DNA of 61,680 nt, counting the filler. It is 4 parts of 4 records of this genome, joined end to end, with 100 filler letters (N's around TTAATTAATTAA, not from the genome) between each part and the next. Parts side by side here need not be neighbours in the genome. Positions count along the whole stretch, not along the records: positions 17,375 to 37,658 come from SRR20825006_2530; positions 37,759 to 54,916 come from SRR20825006_2539; 2 more parts are not named here. The stretch is one strand, 5' to 3'. Both the position numbers and the translations under genes were made by a program. Below, piece after piece: positions 35,872 to 47,647 of this stretch. A model generated the notes under the pieces. That model was not told where the DNA came from. It saw only the letters and a program-made list of their open reading frames with translations, and did no database searches. How positions within the stretch are numbered: the first letter of the stretch is position 1; the number at the start of each line of letters is the position of its first letter.

Positions 35872-37658
35872 ATGAAGAGAGCTCCGTTGTTTCGCGCCTG
35901 GCTTTTGTTTGCTTCTGCGTGCGTCCTTGTTAGCGGATGCGAACAATCGAACACCGCGAACACGAAGACCGCCGAATCTTCGCCGCGCGTCTCGCTCAAG
36001 CCAAAACCTGTGCCCAAACCACCCGAACCGGACGCGATGCTCATCCCCGATGGCGAGCGCTTGACCGTGCTCAGGTTCGACCGCGAGGAGATGGGGGATA
36101 TCCAGGATGGTGATCGCGTCGATATCCTGGGCGTCTTCGAGATCCCGCAGGACGAGCTCTCACCCATCGATCCGACAAAAGAGCAGATCCTCTCTCTTGA
36201 CCGCGGGGAGCTTCAGCTTCACGTCGCCATGCCGCTGCTCCAAAACGTGCGGGCCCACAAGAGACGTTGCGAAGAGGACGCTTGCTTCGTGAGCTTCTTT
36301 GTCACCAGAGATGAAGACTCGCTGATTTCGCTCTCGGACAGCAGAGGGGCACTCTCACTGGCTCGCCGCAGCGAATCAGATACCACGATGCAGGCCATCT
36401 CGAAGCGCACCTTGAAGGAGGCGCTCGTGGACATCGATGTGCTTCAGGAGCGCCGTCGCGAAAACCTCGGGAAGGGGATGCTTCACGGCAAGCGAAAGCA
36501 GATCATCGATGACGAGCGCAACAGAACCTGCGAGTTCAACAACAGGATCGGCAAGATCTCGGTCGGAGAGGGAGAGCGCGCGGCGACGTTTGCCTTCGCC
36601 GATCATCGCCAGGAGCTCGTGGAGCTCCAACCTGGCGACTGGCTCGACATTTCAGGCGTCTTTCGCACTCGCATCGAACCCTCGGATGGCAACAGGAGCA
36701 ACGAGATCATCGACATCGAGTTGTTGCAACGGGTGCGCGTGATTCATGCCGAGGCCAACCGCGTGACGCTGTTGCTGACAGGTGAAGAGATCAGGCTCCT
36801 CAGGTTGGCGCAGCGAGGAGGTCGCATTCGATACACCTTGCGCCGTCTAGACGACGAGAAGAACGCTCCCCTCGCCAAACACACGTTGAAGAGCATGTTG
36901 GCAGACCTCGAGCTCCTCCATAGCCAACGCGTCAAACGCTGCAAGACCAAGAACTGTCACCAGGGTCAGCTCGCCATAAACAACAAGGGGACCGGTCAGA
37001 ACAAAACCGCGTCGAAGGCCAGGGCGCCAAGGCGCGCATACAACGTGGACAGCTCGGATGGCTCCTCCACGTTTAGCCTGGATGTGGACGCGGGCGCCTA
37101 CACGCGCATGCGCGAGATCGTCAACAAGAACAACCTCCCGAAGAGGAACGAGGTCCGCGTCGAGGAGTACCTGAATTACTTCGACTGGAACCTCCCGCGA
37201 CCTCCCTCGGAGCAGAAGCTCGGGATCACGCTCGAAGCCACCCCCGATCCGATGGTTCCCGCTGAACTTCATGACGTGAGACGCGTCGTGCGCGTCGGGA
37301 TCAAGGCAAGAGAGCTCGCCGCCGGAGAGCGAAAGCCCGCGCACCTGACCTTCCTCGTCGATACATCGGGGTCGATGCTCGAGGATGGTCGTCTCTCCAA
37401 GGTCAAGGACGCGCTCAAGGTCCTGGTGAGCAACCTCGGGGAGAAGGATACGGTCTCGCTGGTGACCTACGCGGGGAGCGCGAGGATCGCGCTGGAGCAC
37501 ACCGGGTTAAACCAGCGCAAGGCGTTGATAGACGCGATCAACAAGCTCCAGGCCGATGGCGCGACGGCGATGCAATCGGGTCTCACCTACGCCTATCAAT
37601 CGGCGGCCAGAGGATTTGTTGAAGGGGACATCAACCGCGTCATCGTCCTGAGCGATGG
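35872..37658 (+). CDS. Lipoprotein with two CpaB/RcpC-like domains fused to a YfbK-type vWA domain, truncated at contig end
   Basis: Lipobox VSGC; IPDGER...IQDGDRVDILGVF...LLQNVR and VGEGERAA...LQPGDWLDISGVF...LLQRVRV; STFSLDVD...VRVEEYLNYF; MIDAS DTSGS; INRVIVLSDG. Confidence 0.8.
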
Positions 37659-37758
37659 NNNNNNNNNNNNNNNNNNNNNNNNNNNNNNNNNNNNNNNNNN
37701 NNTTAATTAATTAANNNNNNNNNNNNNNNNNNNNNNNNNNNNNNNNNNNNNNNNNNNN
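37659..37758. other. Artificial contig-joining spacer
   Basis: N44-TTAATTAATTAA-N44. Confidence 0.99.
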
Positions 37759-38520
37759 GTTGGGACTGCCATAGGCAATATGGGTGCGCACCTTGATCAA
37801 AGAAGGGCGTTCGGTTTCTTTTTTGGCTTGTTTTATCGCTTCGGAAAGGGCCTCCACATTGTTGCCATCATCCAATTCCTGCACATGCCATCCATAGGAT
37901 TCAAAACGTTGCGCGGTATTGTCGCTAAAGGTGATATCGGTGTCCCCTTCAATGGAGATATGATTGTCGTCATACACATAAATGATATTGCCCAACTTCA
38001 GATGCCCGGCCAAGGAAGCCGCCTCGGCACTGACCCCTTCCATGAGGTCGCCATCACTACAAATGGCATATATTTTATAATCGAACAGCTCAAAATCGGG
38101 CTTGTTGAAACGAGCCGCCATAAATTTTTGGGCAATCGCCATTCCCACCCCGTTGGCAAAGCCTTGGCCCAACGGGCCTGTGGTCACTTCCACGCCCTTT
38201 ACCAAGTGTTTTTCCGGGTGCCCCGCCGTTTTACTGTACAGTTGTCTAAAATCCTTGAGGTCATCCATGGACAAATCATATCCCGTCAAATACAGAAAAT
38301 TATATTGGAGGATGCATGCATGGCCCGCGGAAAGGATAAATCGGTCGCGGTTGACCCAATCGGGATTTTTGGGGTTGTAGTCCATGGCCTCGGTCCAAAG
38401 TACATGTCCCATTGGTGCGAGGGCCATGGCCGTTCCCGGGTGACCCGATTCGGCTTTTTGTACGGAATCCGCTGATAAGATTCGTACGGTATCTATCGCT
38501 TTTTCTTCTATACTATTCAT
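37759..38520 (-). CDS. tkt: Transketolase, N-terminal part, truncated at contig edge
   Basis: SGHPG, NRDRFILSAGH, GHPE, TTGPLGQG, TPP motif SDGDLMEG...DDN. Confidence 0.95.
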
Positions 38521-38826
38521 TTTTATGTAAAATTCAATATCCATAGATTATATTAATTTTATGAAAATTGGATCGATGGAAACGATATAAAAATTGATTC
38601 AATCAGTGCAATGAATAACAATATTGGAAATAATTAGATGTACAGAATTTAGGGCAGGGTGATAAGGAATAGTTCATGGCGGGTTGCAACCATCCAATAT
38701 GGAAAATCCAAATTCATTTACCATATAATAGAAATGGAATAATCCGATATGTTTAAGGCCAAAATTTAATGTGACAAAAATCTTAACGGGTCTAAACCTA
38801 TTGGATTTGCCATAAATTTTTTTTTA

Positions 38827-39672
38827 TCAACCACCGATGATTTCTCCGCCATTGATGTGCAATACCTGTCCGGTCATGTAACTGCCATCCTCACTGGCCA
38901 GAAAGACATAGGCGGGCCCAACTTCTGATGGCTGACCCATGCGTCCCATGGGAACATCTTTACCGAAGCCATCCAGTTCTTCCCTCTCAAAGCTCGCAGG
39001 GATCAAAGGGGTCCAAATCGGTCCTGGTGCCACTGCGTTAACTCGAATCCCCTTTTTCGATAGATTTGTGGAAAGGCTTCTTGTAAATGAAACCACTGCA
39101 CCCTTGGTACTGGCATAATCAATCAAAATGGCCTTGCCCCGATATGCCGTTATTGAAGTTGTGTTGATGATCGAATCTCCTTTCCCCAAGTGTTTTAGGG
39201 CAGATTGAGTAAAATAGAAAAAAGATAAAATGTTCGTTTCAAAAGTCGTTCTCAGATTTTTAAGGCTTATATCTTCAATTTTCTCTTCAGGAAACTGCAT
39301 GGCAGCATTGTTGACAAGAATATTCAGATTCCCAAAATGGCTGACAGTTTTTTGCACAGCCTCATTGCAAAAGTTTTCATCCTTGATGTCCCCTTTAATC
39401 AATAAACATTCACGTCTTTCGTTCTCCACCAGTCCTTTGGTGGATTCAGCATCTGCATCCTCATCCAAATACACAATCGCCACATGGGCTCCTTCCCTTG
39501 CAAAATGGATGGCAGCACTTCTTCCTATACCGCTATCACCACCGGTGATCAAAGCAACCCTACCTTGTAGTTTCCCACTTCCCTTGTAATTATCCCTTAT
39601 GGAGATTGGCTGTTTTGCCATTTTGTGCTGATCTCCCGGCTGATCGGCTTGTACTTTTTCCTTTGTGCTCAT
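38827..39672 (-). CDS. SDR oxidoreductase, general-stress YdaD/YhxC-like
   Basis: YKGSGKL, TGGDSGIG, NNAA, YASTK, PGPIWTPLI, QVLHINGG. Confidence 0.92.
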   Translation of the reverse strand: MSTKEKVQADQPGDQHKMAKQPISIRDNYKGSGKLQGRVALITGGDSGIGRSAAIHFAREGAHVAIVYLDEDADAESTKGLVENERRECLLIKGDIKDENFCNEAVQKTVSHFGNLNILVNNAAMQFPEEKIEDISLKNLRTTFETNILSFFYFTQSALKHLGKGDSIINTTSITAYRGKAILIDYASTKGAVVSFTRSLSTNLSKKGIRVNAVAPGPIWTPLIPASFEREELDGFGKDVPMGRMGQPSEVGPAYVFLASEDGSYMTGQVLHINGGEIIGG

Positions 39673-39908
39673 TTTAAAATGTTTTTTAATGTTCAAGATT
39701 ATCCTCCAGATTGTATGGTCTGTTCCATATATGGAAAGATAGGCAAGGTCTGGATGCGCCTATGTCTTGATGAGGATAAAAATTGCCTCATTTCCAAACA
39801 TGAACTTCAGTTCATTGCCCTTGATATGTATATGGGATAATTTTTTCTGCTATCGTGTCAATTTTACGGGAAAGGCTATTGTATTTTATGGTCAAAATAC
39901 TAATAGGT

Positions 39909-41078
39909 ATGAAAAAAATATTTCGCTATATGGTTTTTTTGGTTGTTGGTGCCCTATCGGCCCAGCAAATGGACAGTACCATAACTAGAGTGACCCAAGT
40001 ACATGTTTTTAAACCAAAAACAGTGAAGGCCACCCCCGCGCGAATTCAAAAGTTGAACGTGCCTTATGGATTTAAGGTAAACGTATTTGCTTCCAACTTG
40101 GGTGAGCCTCGAATGATGACAGTGACCCCTAACGGAGAAGTCTACGTGTCAAGAAGAAAGGGAGATGTGGTACTTCTCACGGATGAAGATGGGGATGGCG
40201 CAGCCGACAACCAAAAAACGGTGGTGACAATGAAGGATGTCCATGGACTGGCACTACATAAGGACTGGCTGTACTTGATCACGGTCAACGATGTTTTTCG
40301 AGCAGAGCTCAATAGTGATGGTCGTATGGGAAAACCGCAGAAAATCATTGAAAATCTTCCCGATGGTGGGCAGCATCCCAATAGGACACTGGCCTTTGGT
40401 CCAGATGGCAATATGTATGTTTCGGTAGGAAGTGATTGCAACGCCTGTGATGAGACCCGGGAAGAAAGTGCCACTTTGCTCCAGTTCGATGAAAATGGCA
40501 AGAACAAAAAGATTTTTGCCAAGGGGCTTCGCAACACCATTGGCTTTGATTGGGAACCAATGTCACATCAACTGTATGGATTGGACCATGGTATTGATTG
40601 GCTCGGTGACGAAGAACAGTTGGAGGAACTCAACCTCCTTACAGAGGGCGGTAATTATGGGTGGCCGTACATTTATGGGCAGGGAAATTATAATGTGACG
40701 GACCAGCCACCAAACGGGGATTGGAAAACGTATGCATCAAAATGTACCGACCCCGTTATGGGCTTTGCCGCTCACAGCGCACCGATGGACTTGAAATTTT
40801 ATACGGGAAAAATGTTTCCGGAGACCTATCGGAGTGTGGCCTTTGCCTCCTTCCATGGTTCTTGGAATCGAAAAGAACCAAAGGGATATAAAGTAATGAG
40901 CATTACTTTTGAGAATGGAAGGCCTGTCTCACAATCAGATTTCCTTACTGGGTTTTTGACCAATGGTGGCCAAAGTTATTTTGGTCGTCCTGTAGGCCTT
41001 GCCCAATTACCGGATGGGTCCCTTTTGATGTCTGACGACAGCGACGGAAAAATTTACCGTATTTCTTATGAAAGGTAA
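39909..41078 (+). CDS. Secreted PQQ-dependent sugar/sorbosone dehydrogenase family protein
   Basis: Signal peptide from ATG 39909; GGQHPNRTLAFGPDG, GLRNTIG, NYGWPY, HSAP, HGSWNR, GRPVG. Confidence 0.9.
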   Translation: MKKIFRYMVFLVVGALSAQQMDSTITRVTQVHVFKPKTVKATPARIQKLNVPYGFKVNVFASNLGEPRMMTVTPNGEVYVSRRKGDVVLLTDEDGDGAADNQKTVVTMKDVHGLALHKDWLYLITVNDVFRAELNSDGRMGKPQKIIENLPDGGQHPNRTLAFGPDGNMYVSVGSDCNACDETREESATLLQFDENGKNKKIFAKGLRNTIGFDWEPMSHQLYGLDHGIDWLGDEEQLEELNLLTEGGNYGWPYIYGQGNYNVTDQPPNGDWKTYASKCTDPVMGFAAHSAPMDLKFYTGKMFPETYRSVAFASFHGSWNRKEPKGYKVMSITFENGRPVSQSDFLTGFLTNGGQSYFGRPVGLAQLPDGSLLMSDDSDGKIYRISYER

Positions 41079-41345
41079 GCTCTCATTTCTTGATTTTCAT
41101 TTTTACGTAGAGCAGGGCCTCGTCAACCAATTGGCCGTCTACAATTTTATGGTTAGAGCCAATTTTTCCTTTTATTGGAGTACGAATTTTCCACCGTATT
41201 TCTCATTTTTGATTGCCAACATTTCACCATTCAGTATACGGTACCGAAACCCAATAGGGCACAATAAAGAAAGTGAGGGAATATTTTAAACAATCACATT
41301 TAAGGGATTACCACAAAAAAATTATAAAATAAGATAGATTCTTGT

Positions 41346-41777
41346 ATGGATGGCCTAGGTATTTTTTTAGTTGATGATGATAAAGATGATCAAGAATTTT
41401 TCAGTGATGCACTTTCTAAAATTAATGAAGCAGTGGAACTTTCAATTTTTAATAGTGGCGACGAGCTCCTTAGGGCCTTTTGTACCAAGGACAACAAACC
41501 GGATATGATTTACTTGGACCTGCATATGCCCATCATGGATGGGGAAGAGTGCCTTGAGATCCTACGTAAAAATAGTAGTTTAAAATCCATTCCAATTGTT
41601 ATCTATTCCACCGAACTTGATATGGAACGCATCGCGCAATTGTTTCTTAAGGGAGCCAATAGATATCTGCGGAAACCTGATTCATTTGATTCCTTGGTCG
41701 CATCTATCAGTGCAACGATCAACTCATTGAAACGAAATGCATTGGGTGGAAATGCAATCATTAATATAGTGGTGTAA
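41346..41777 (+). CDS. Single-domain response regulator receiver
   Basis: LVDDD, YLDLHMP (phosphoacceptor Asp), YST, RKP. Confidence 0.92.
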   Translation: MDGLGIFLVDDDKDDQEFFSDALSKINEAVELSIFNSGDELLRAFCTKDNKPDMIYLDLHMPIMDGEECLEILRKNSSLKSIPIVIYSTELDMERIAQLFLKGANRYLRKPDSFDSLVASISATINSLKRNALGGNAIINIVV

Positions 41778-41985
41778 GCTATGCTTCAACATCCATGGAC
41801 AAGGGGGATTCATGCACATCAATTGAATGAAGAGTTGTTTTAATGTCCTTATAAAACCCCGATGATGGATTTGAAGAAGCCACAGGAGACAACCCATCAA
41901 CAACGAAGGAATGAAACCGTAAAATTGACCTCAGTCAGTAGGTTACGCAAGATTTAATAAATAATGTTCTAAAATAAAAATTGAC

Positions 41986-42285
41986 ATGCAAATAATATTT
42001 GAATCCCATGATATTGCCCAAAGCGATCGTTTGGAACAATTGGCTAGGGAAAAGTTGGAAAAACTTGCAAGCAAATTCGATATGGTCATCCGTGCAGATG
42101 TATTTTTCAAGGAAGAGAACACCACTTCCGATGAAACGGGAAGAATCTGCAACATAAGGTTGAGCCTTCCAGGTCCCCGACTGTTTGCCGAATCCAGCAA
42201 CGGGAACTTTGCACAATCGATAGCTGAATCCATCAATGATTTGGAACGACAATTGAGAAAGCGCAAGGAAAGCATGAAATCCTAG
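41986..42285 (+). CDS. hpf: Short HPF/RaiA ribosome-associated protein
   Basis: KLEKL...IRADVFFK...LPGPRLFAES...LERQLRKRK. Confidence 0.85.
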   Translation: MQIIFESHDIAQSDRLEQLAREKLEKLASKFDMVIRADVFFKEENTTSDETGRICNIRLSLPGPRLFAESSNGNFAQSIAESINDLERQLRKRKESMKS

Positions 42286-42881
42286 GAAAAAGGCGGTCTT
42301 TCCCTTGGTTTCTGCAAATGGAATGCAGTTTTGTTTTGATGGGCCGTTGATTCATATAGATTTTCTTTGGTCGTATATATCTTAAGGTGACCAATTTCTG
42401 CTGCTGTTTGCTATACCGACGATGCCATTCTTTTTACTCTGGGATTGTTGATGAGTCCTTTTGGCACCAACCCTGGCTTCAACACACCATCAATTTCAAG
42501 ACAAAAATCGTAATGCAAAATTGTTGCATCGTGTTTTTGAATCACAGATATCGGATTGGCCCGTTTTTGCTTTTTAAGTGACATTTTGGGCTCACTTGTC
42601 TTACTAAAATCCCTTTTACTCTCGTAATCATTTTTTATATTCCCTCAAATACTGGTGTTCATTTAAAACTACACATGATAATTGTTTGATATTGACCTAT
42701 TTGAAAAACTTTTTGACTGATAAAGAGTAGATTTCGGATTCGATGTGATGTAAAGTATAGGCCCAAGAACACATACCATCTTATTAGTTCAATGTTTTGT
42801 TCGATGCGGTCAAAAAAGCGGGATATTGCTATGTACTTTCGAGGGAGTTTAAAAAGAAGATAATCCTTAAAAGACACTATT

Positions 42882-43379
42882 ATGAAAACATTGAAAGATT
42901 TGTTCGAACATCAACTGAAAGATTTGCACAGTGCTGAAACCCAATTGGTGGACGCTTTGCCAAAAATGGCCAGGAATGCCAAGGATAGTAAGCTAAAAGA
43001 GGCTTTTGAAAAACATTTGGAAGAAACCAAGGAGCACAAAGACAGAATTGAGACCATTTGTAAGGAATTGGGCATAACCCCAAGCGGTGAAACCTGCAAG
43101 GCCATGGAGGGGTTGATCAGAGAGGCCAAGGATTTTATCGAGGAAGCCGGAAAGGAAGATGATGTGATGGATGCAGGATTGATTGCCGAGGCACAACGTG
43201 TGGAGCATTATGAGATATCCGGGTATGGAACCGCCGTACGCTATGCCAAGGAATTGGGTCTTTCCGATATTGCCGAGAGACTACAGACCACTTTGGATGA
43301 GGAGTACCATGCCGACACTAAGTTGAACAATATGGCGGAGAGCCGGTTGAACAGAAAGGCCATGGAGGACAAGGCGTAA
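42882..43379 (+). CDS. yciF: YciE/YciF ferritin-like protein (DUF892)
   Basis: LKDLHSAETQL, HLEET, CKAMEGLI, AQRVEHYEISGYG, TLDEE. Confidence 0.93.
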   Translation: MKTLKDLFEHQLKDLHSAETQLVDALPKMARNAKDSKLKEAFEKHLEETKEHKDRIETICKELGITPSGETCKAMEGLIREAKDFIEEAGKEDDVMDAGLIAEAQRVEHYEISGYGTAVRYAKELGLSDIAERLQTTLDEEYHADTKLNNMAESRLNRKAMEDKA

Positions 43380-43602
43380 GTCCCTGTTATTTTTGAATGA
43401 TTTACTTACGAGGCTCATCCCTTAGGTATATTTTATGCCAAAAGGATGGGTTTTGGTTTTTTAAAGGCCCAGTTGATCTTTTAAAGGCTCGTTACTTCTT
43501 CTTTTATAACCTACATGATCATTAATAAACTGAGGGCTTGATCATGGGGTTGCGACACAACTGCCAAAAGGTATCATTTTCGTCCTCACAAAATCCTTAA
43601 AA

Positions 43603-45078
43603 ATGGAGAAAAAGCATAGTATGGGAAATCGAGGGGTTACCAGGCCCATGAGTGGAACTTCTGAAAATGAAGGTGGGGGAATGGATAGAATGAAGATGCT
43701 TAAAGATCACCATAAGAATACGTTATGGGTTTATTGGACGCTCATTATTTTGGGCGTTTGGCTTTTGGTATCTCCGGCCACCTTTGACTATGGAAAGGAC
43801 ATTGTAGATCCCTCGGGGGGTAGAGAACTATGGCTCTCCGATACCCTGAGGGTAAATGCTTCCCTTTGGACTGATTTGATCTCAGGTCTGTTGCTCATCA
43901 TATTAGGATGGAGGTCTCTCCGGGCCAATAGGCCCATAAGCCTATGGTTGGCCTGTGGGGTAGGTGTGTGGCTCAACATGGCCCCGGTAATCTTTTGGGC
44001 ACCTTCGGCATTTATCTATATGAACGAGATCTTGGTGGGTACTTTGGTGATTGCCCTTACCATTTTAATTCCAGGCATGCCCAACATGATCACTTATATG
44101 AAGATGGGTTCGGAAGTTCCTCCCGGATGGTCCTATAACCCATCAAGCTGGCCCCAACGCTGGATCATGATCGTATTGGGTTTTATGGGATGGCTGGTGT
44201 CCCGTTACCTTGCCACTTACCAACTGGGTTACTCCGATTCGGTTTGGGACCCCTTTTTTGGGGAAAGTTCCCTCTTGGTCCTTGATTCCGATATGTCGCA
44301 TTCGTTGCCCATTTCGGATGGCGCCTTGGGAGCATTGGCTTACACCTTTGAATTTTTAATGGGATGGATGGGCAGCCCTTCCCGTTGGCGCACCATGCCA
44401 TGGATGGTCACCTTTTTTGGCATATTGGTGATCCCTTTGGGGTTGGTACATATCTTTTTGGTCATTTCCCAACCTATTGTGGTAGGGCACTGGTGTTTTT
44501 TCTGTTTGATGGCAGCGGCCATTATGCTGCCCATGATTCCCTTGGAATTTGATGAGGTCATTGCCATGGGCCAGCATTTGGTTCAGTCCAAAAGGCGGGG
44601 CAATAATCTATGGAAGGTTTTCTGGAAAGGTGCTGAGCCCTTTGAGAAAAACAAGGATACCCGAAACGTCCCCCTTGTGGAGTTTCCAAAAAAACCATGG
44701 TCCGTTTTTAAGGCCTCGGTTTGGGGAATGACAGTGCCTTGGAACCTGGCCTTGGCCACGTTGATCGGGATAGGGGCCCTATTTGTACCCGCTCTTTTTG
44801 GAGTTGGCATTAAAACCGACATGGCACACATTTTTCATTTGGCTGGGGCGTTGATTGTGGTGATTTCGGTCATCAGCATGGGTGAAATCGTAAGGACAGC
44901 GCGGTTTTTTAATCTTATTCCAGTCCTCTTTTTGGTGGTGGCGCCGTGGTGGGTATCACCGTTTGGAATGCAAATCGCCATAACTGGAGCTGGAATGGGC
45001 CTGGTTACAATGGTGCTTTCTTTACCGAGGGGCATGGTTCGGGAGCAATATGGATTATGGGATCGTTTTATAAAGTGA
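43603..45078 (+). CDS. Vitamin K epoxide reductase family membrane protein with SPW repeats
   Basis: GVWLLVSP/VVAPW repeats, PPGWSYNPSSWPQR, RWRTMPW, redox motif WCFFC. Confidence 0.85.
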   Translation: MEKKHSMGNRGVTRPMSGTSENEGGGMDRMKMLKDHHKNTLWVYWTLIILGVWLLVSPATFDYGKDIVDPSGGRELWLSDTLRVNASLWTDLISGLLLIILGWRSLRANRPISLWLACGVGVWLNMAPVIFWAPSAFIYMNEILVGTLVIALTILIPGMPNMITYMKMGSEVPPGWSYNPSSWPQRWIMIVLGFMGWLVSRYLATYQLGYSDSVWDPFFGESSLLVLDSDMSHSLPISDGALGALAYTFEFLMGWMGSPSRWRTMPWMVTFFGILVIPLGLVHIFLVISQPIVVGHWCFFCLMAAAIMLPMIPLEFDEVIAMGQHLVQSKRRGNNLWKVFWKGAEPFEKNKDTRNVPLVEFPKKPWSVFKASVWGMTVPWNLALATLIGIGALFVPALFGVGIKTDMAHIFHLAGALIVVISVISMGEIVRTARFFNLIPVLFLVVAPWWVSPFGMQIAITGAGMGLVTMVLSLPRGMVREQYGLWDRFIK

Positions 45079-45832
45079 AGCGGCCAAATAGTGGAATCCA
45101 AATGATTGTGGACTCTATTGATCAAATCCTTGACGCAATCGGTAAAGGTGCTTTACCAGGTGAAACAATTTTCATACTTTAGAACTATCATAAACGGGGT
45201 GCCCAATTCTAGGCTGAGAATATACCCGATGACTGGACAGGTAATACTGGCCAAGGATTTTATGAAAAAGCAAAGGGAGCTTACATATGTTTTCATATTG
45301 AGTTCCCTTTGTACTTTTAATGCCTTTACAAATCCAGCGTACTACCTACTTTAATGGTTTCTCTTCGTGAAGGAAAAGCCTTCCCAATCCCACTATTTAA
45401 CTGTTTTCCTCAAGTATTTTTTATCGGTTAAATTGAAATTGGTTTGGGCTCGTTTTTCGTCTAAGGAACCAAAAGTTCATTCACTCTTATAATGGAAATC
45501 CAGAAAGGCTTGCCCCACTTTGTACTGGAAAACTTGTTGAAGGGCAAAGTAATTTCTAAGCTTTCTTTAAAGTATGTGTTTTACCCTTCGGGCTAAAAAT
45601 TAAATCGAAAGCGATAAAAAAATCAAACTTTAAAAGGTAGGTTTGGGGACAGTAATAATGGGCTTTGGGATAAGTTGGCCAAAATTGACTTCCCTATGCC
45701 TCAATACCAATTGATTTTGCTGGAATGGCTTCCCTTGGAGCCAATGGTAATTATGAAAAAGAACACAAACTATTGATAAAAGAAGATTTGATCTTAAGAT
45801 AAATGAAGGTCCATCTTCACAAGAAATGAACA

Positions 45833-46297
45833 ATGAAACGATCTCGTCTTCACCTAATATATGGCATAGGTATTGGAGCTGCTGCAATTGTCTACTTTCT
45901 TTTGTTGTCCTTATTGGGTCTTCACGAGAATCCTTTTTTCAGCGCTGTAAACATACTTTTCTATGGGATAGGATTTTTTCTATTGATTACAAAATTCAAG
46001 GAAAGAACAGAAGGAATATTCAAATACCAAGAAGGGTTTTGGGCCATGTTCAGGGCAGGTATCATTGCCACATTAATCATTACAGGTTTTTTTCTCCTCT
46101 ATATTACCGAACTCAATGATGGTTTTTTGCAGGAAATGCTCACCATGTGGAAAGAAGACCATAATGTAAAGCCTGGAACGGTCATCCTTGGTTTGGCATT
46201 GATGGGATTTTCCACCAGCTTGGTGCTTTCCCTGGCTTATATGCAGCTGTTCAAGAGGTCTTGGAACACTAGGGAAGGTAAAAAGCATACATTATAG
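45833..46297 (+). CDS. DUF4199 family membrane protein
   Basis: Four TM segments; FKYQEGF and QLFKRSWN motifs typical of flavobacterial members. Confidence 0.75.
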   Translation: MKRSRLHLIYGIGIGAAAIVYFLLLSLLGLHENPFFSAVNILFYGIGFFLLITKFKERTEGIFKYQEGFWAMFRAGIIATLIITGFFLLYITELNDGFLQEMLTMWKEDHNVKPGTVILGLALMGFSTSLVLSLAYMQLFKRSWNTREGKKHTL

Positions 46298-47179
46298 TTT
46301 ACCGCTGGAATTTTTAAGGTGATACACCGTATCAGCCCCCGTTTTCGATAGGATTCCGTAGAATACGTTGACAAACAAATCACTACCAACCCTGGACCTA
46401 GCACCATTTTCCCCCCGATAGATTAAGAATTATTCCAGGTTTGGGCAAAAATCCTTTATGATTTTGAGCATGGCGGCTTCGGAAGGGGAAAACAAGCATT
46501 CCCTACCGGAATGCTCCTCAACATATTGAAAAGAGGTCTGTAGGGACCCCATCCTTTTTTAATACAATCTCTCCCGTGCCATGTTCTTATTGGAAATACG
46601 CAATACGAGCAGCGGTAAATGAAGGATACTAACCGCTGGGAAAAGGAATATTTTGCTTTTTAACTGTTATCCACCTAAGGTGCATCGAACCCAAATCGAC
46701 TGTAACAGCGTGGCCCAGCTATTTTTTTAAAATAAGGCGCCATAAATATTTGATTATCAATTATTATGCTTACCTTTAAAATATAAGATGTGGAAGTAGC
46801 AACCCTTTTTATCCCATTAAAAGCTTGTTTGGTTTTATGGAGCGTTTGTCAACAATCCGGTAACGATAAGCATGGATTTGACCGCCCCATAAATATTCAA
46901 TAACAGGATTTGGGAAATGTAAAACGGATTATCTATTTCAACACAACCTAACTAACTGTCAAGCTTTTGTTTTGTTTGGAGTATATGCTGAAAAATGGTA
47001 TATGAATTCCATCAAAATAGAAAATTGTGCAGGCATTGAATATCCAAACAATCTTCACGGATTTTGGCCACTGATCATAACAGGGTCCAACAACATTTCT
47101 ATTACGACTATTTGGAACATGGAACCATAGTTTTTTTATGGGTCCAAGATTAAATTTTTAAAACATTAAGACAGACCCT

Positions 47180-47647
47180 ATGAAAACAAATCCTATAAAT
47201 GAAGTCAACAAATTCTTGAACGTTATTCTTGCCGATGATGATGATGATGACCGCCAATTTTTTCAAGAGGCCATGGAGGATATCTGTGTACACACCAAAC
47301 TGTCTTTGTTTGAGAATGGAGAGGAATTGATGAATTATCTCAGCCACCCCAAAATCATCTTGCCCGATTTAATTTTTTTGGATTTAAACATGCCTATAAA
47401 AAATGGGATGCAGTGCCTAAAGGAAATTCGGAGCAACACAACCATGGACCATGTTTATATTGCCATTTTCTCTACCTCGTGCTCAAAAAAAGACATTGAG
47501 GATAGCTTTGTAAATGGTTCAAATATTTTCTTGAACAAGCCCAATAGCTTTGGTAAATTACGGGAATCAATAAATAAGATCTTAAAGATTAGCGGGCAAC
47601 ACCATGCCTCCACCCCCAATCGGGACAACTTCTTGTTACGATTGTAA
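47180..47647 (+). CDS. Single-domain response regulator receiver
   Basis: LADDDDDDR, PDLIFLDLNMP, FSTS, NKPNSF. Confidence 0.92.
   Translation: MKTNPINEVNKFLNVILADDDDDDRQFFQEAMEDICVHTKLSLFENGEELMNYLSHPKIILPDLIFLDLNMPIKNGMQCLKEIRSNTTMDHVYIAIFSTSCSKKDIEDSFVNGSNIFLNKPNSFGKLRESINKILKISGQHHASTPNRDNFLLRL

Noticed and set aside
17445-37500. Numerous long overlapping ORFs in the GC-rich contig (e.g. 25269-26231, 29129-30397, and the 34858-35871 extension of the 950-aa ORF)
   Set aside because: Expected from stop-codon scarcity in high-GC DNA; they are antisense or off-frame to genes with clear motifs.
45080-46700. Coding-like but stop-ridden stretches at about 45080-45600 and 46300-46700
   Set aside because: Probably eroded genes, but I could not recognise any family.
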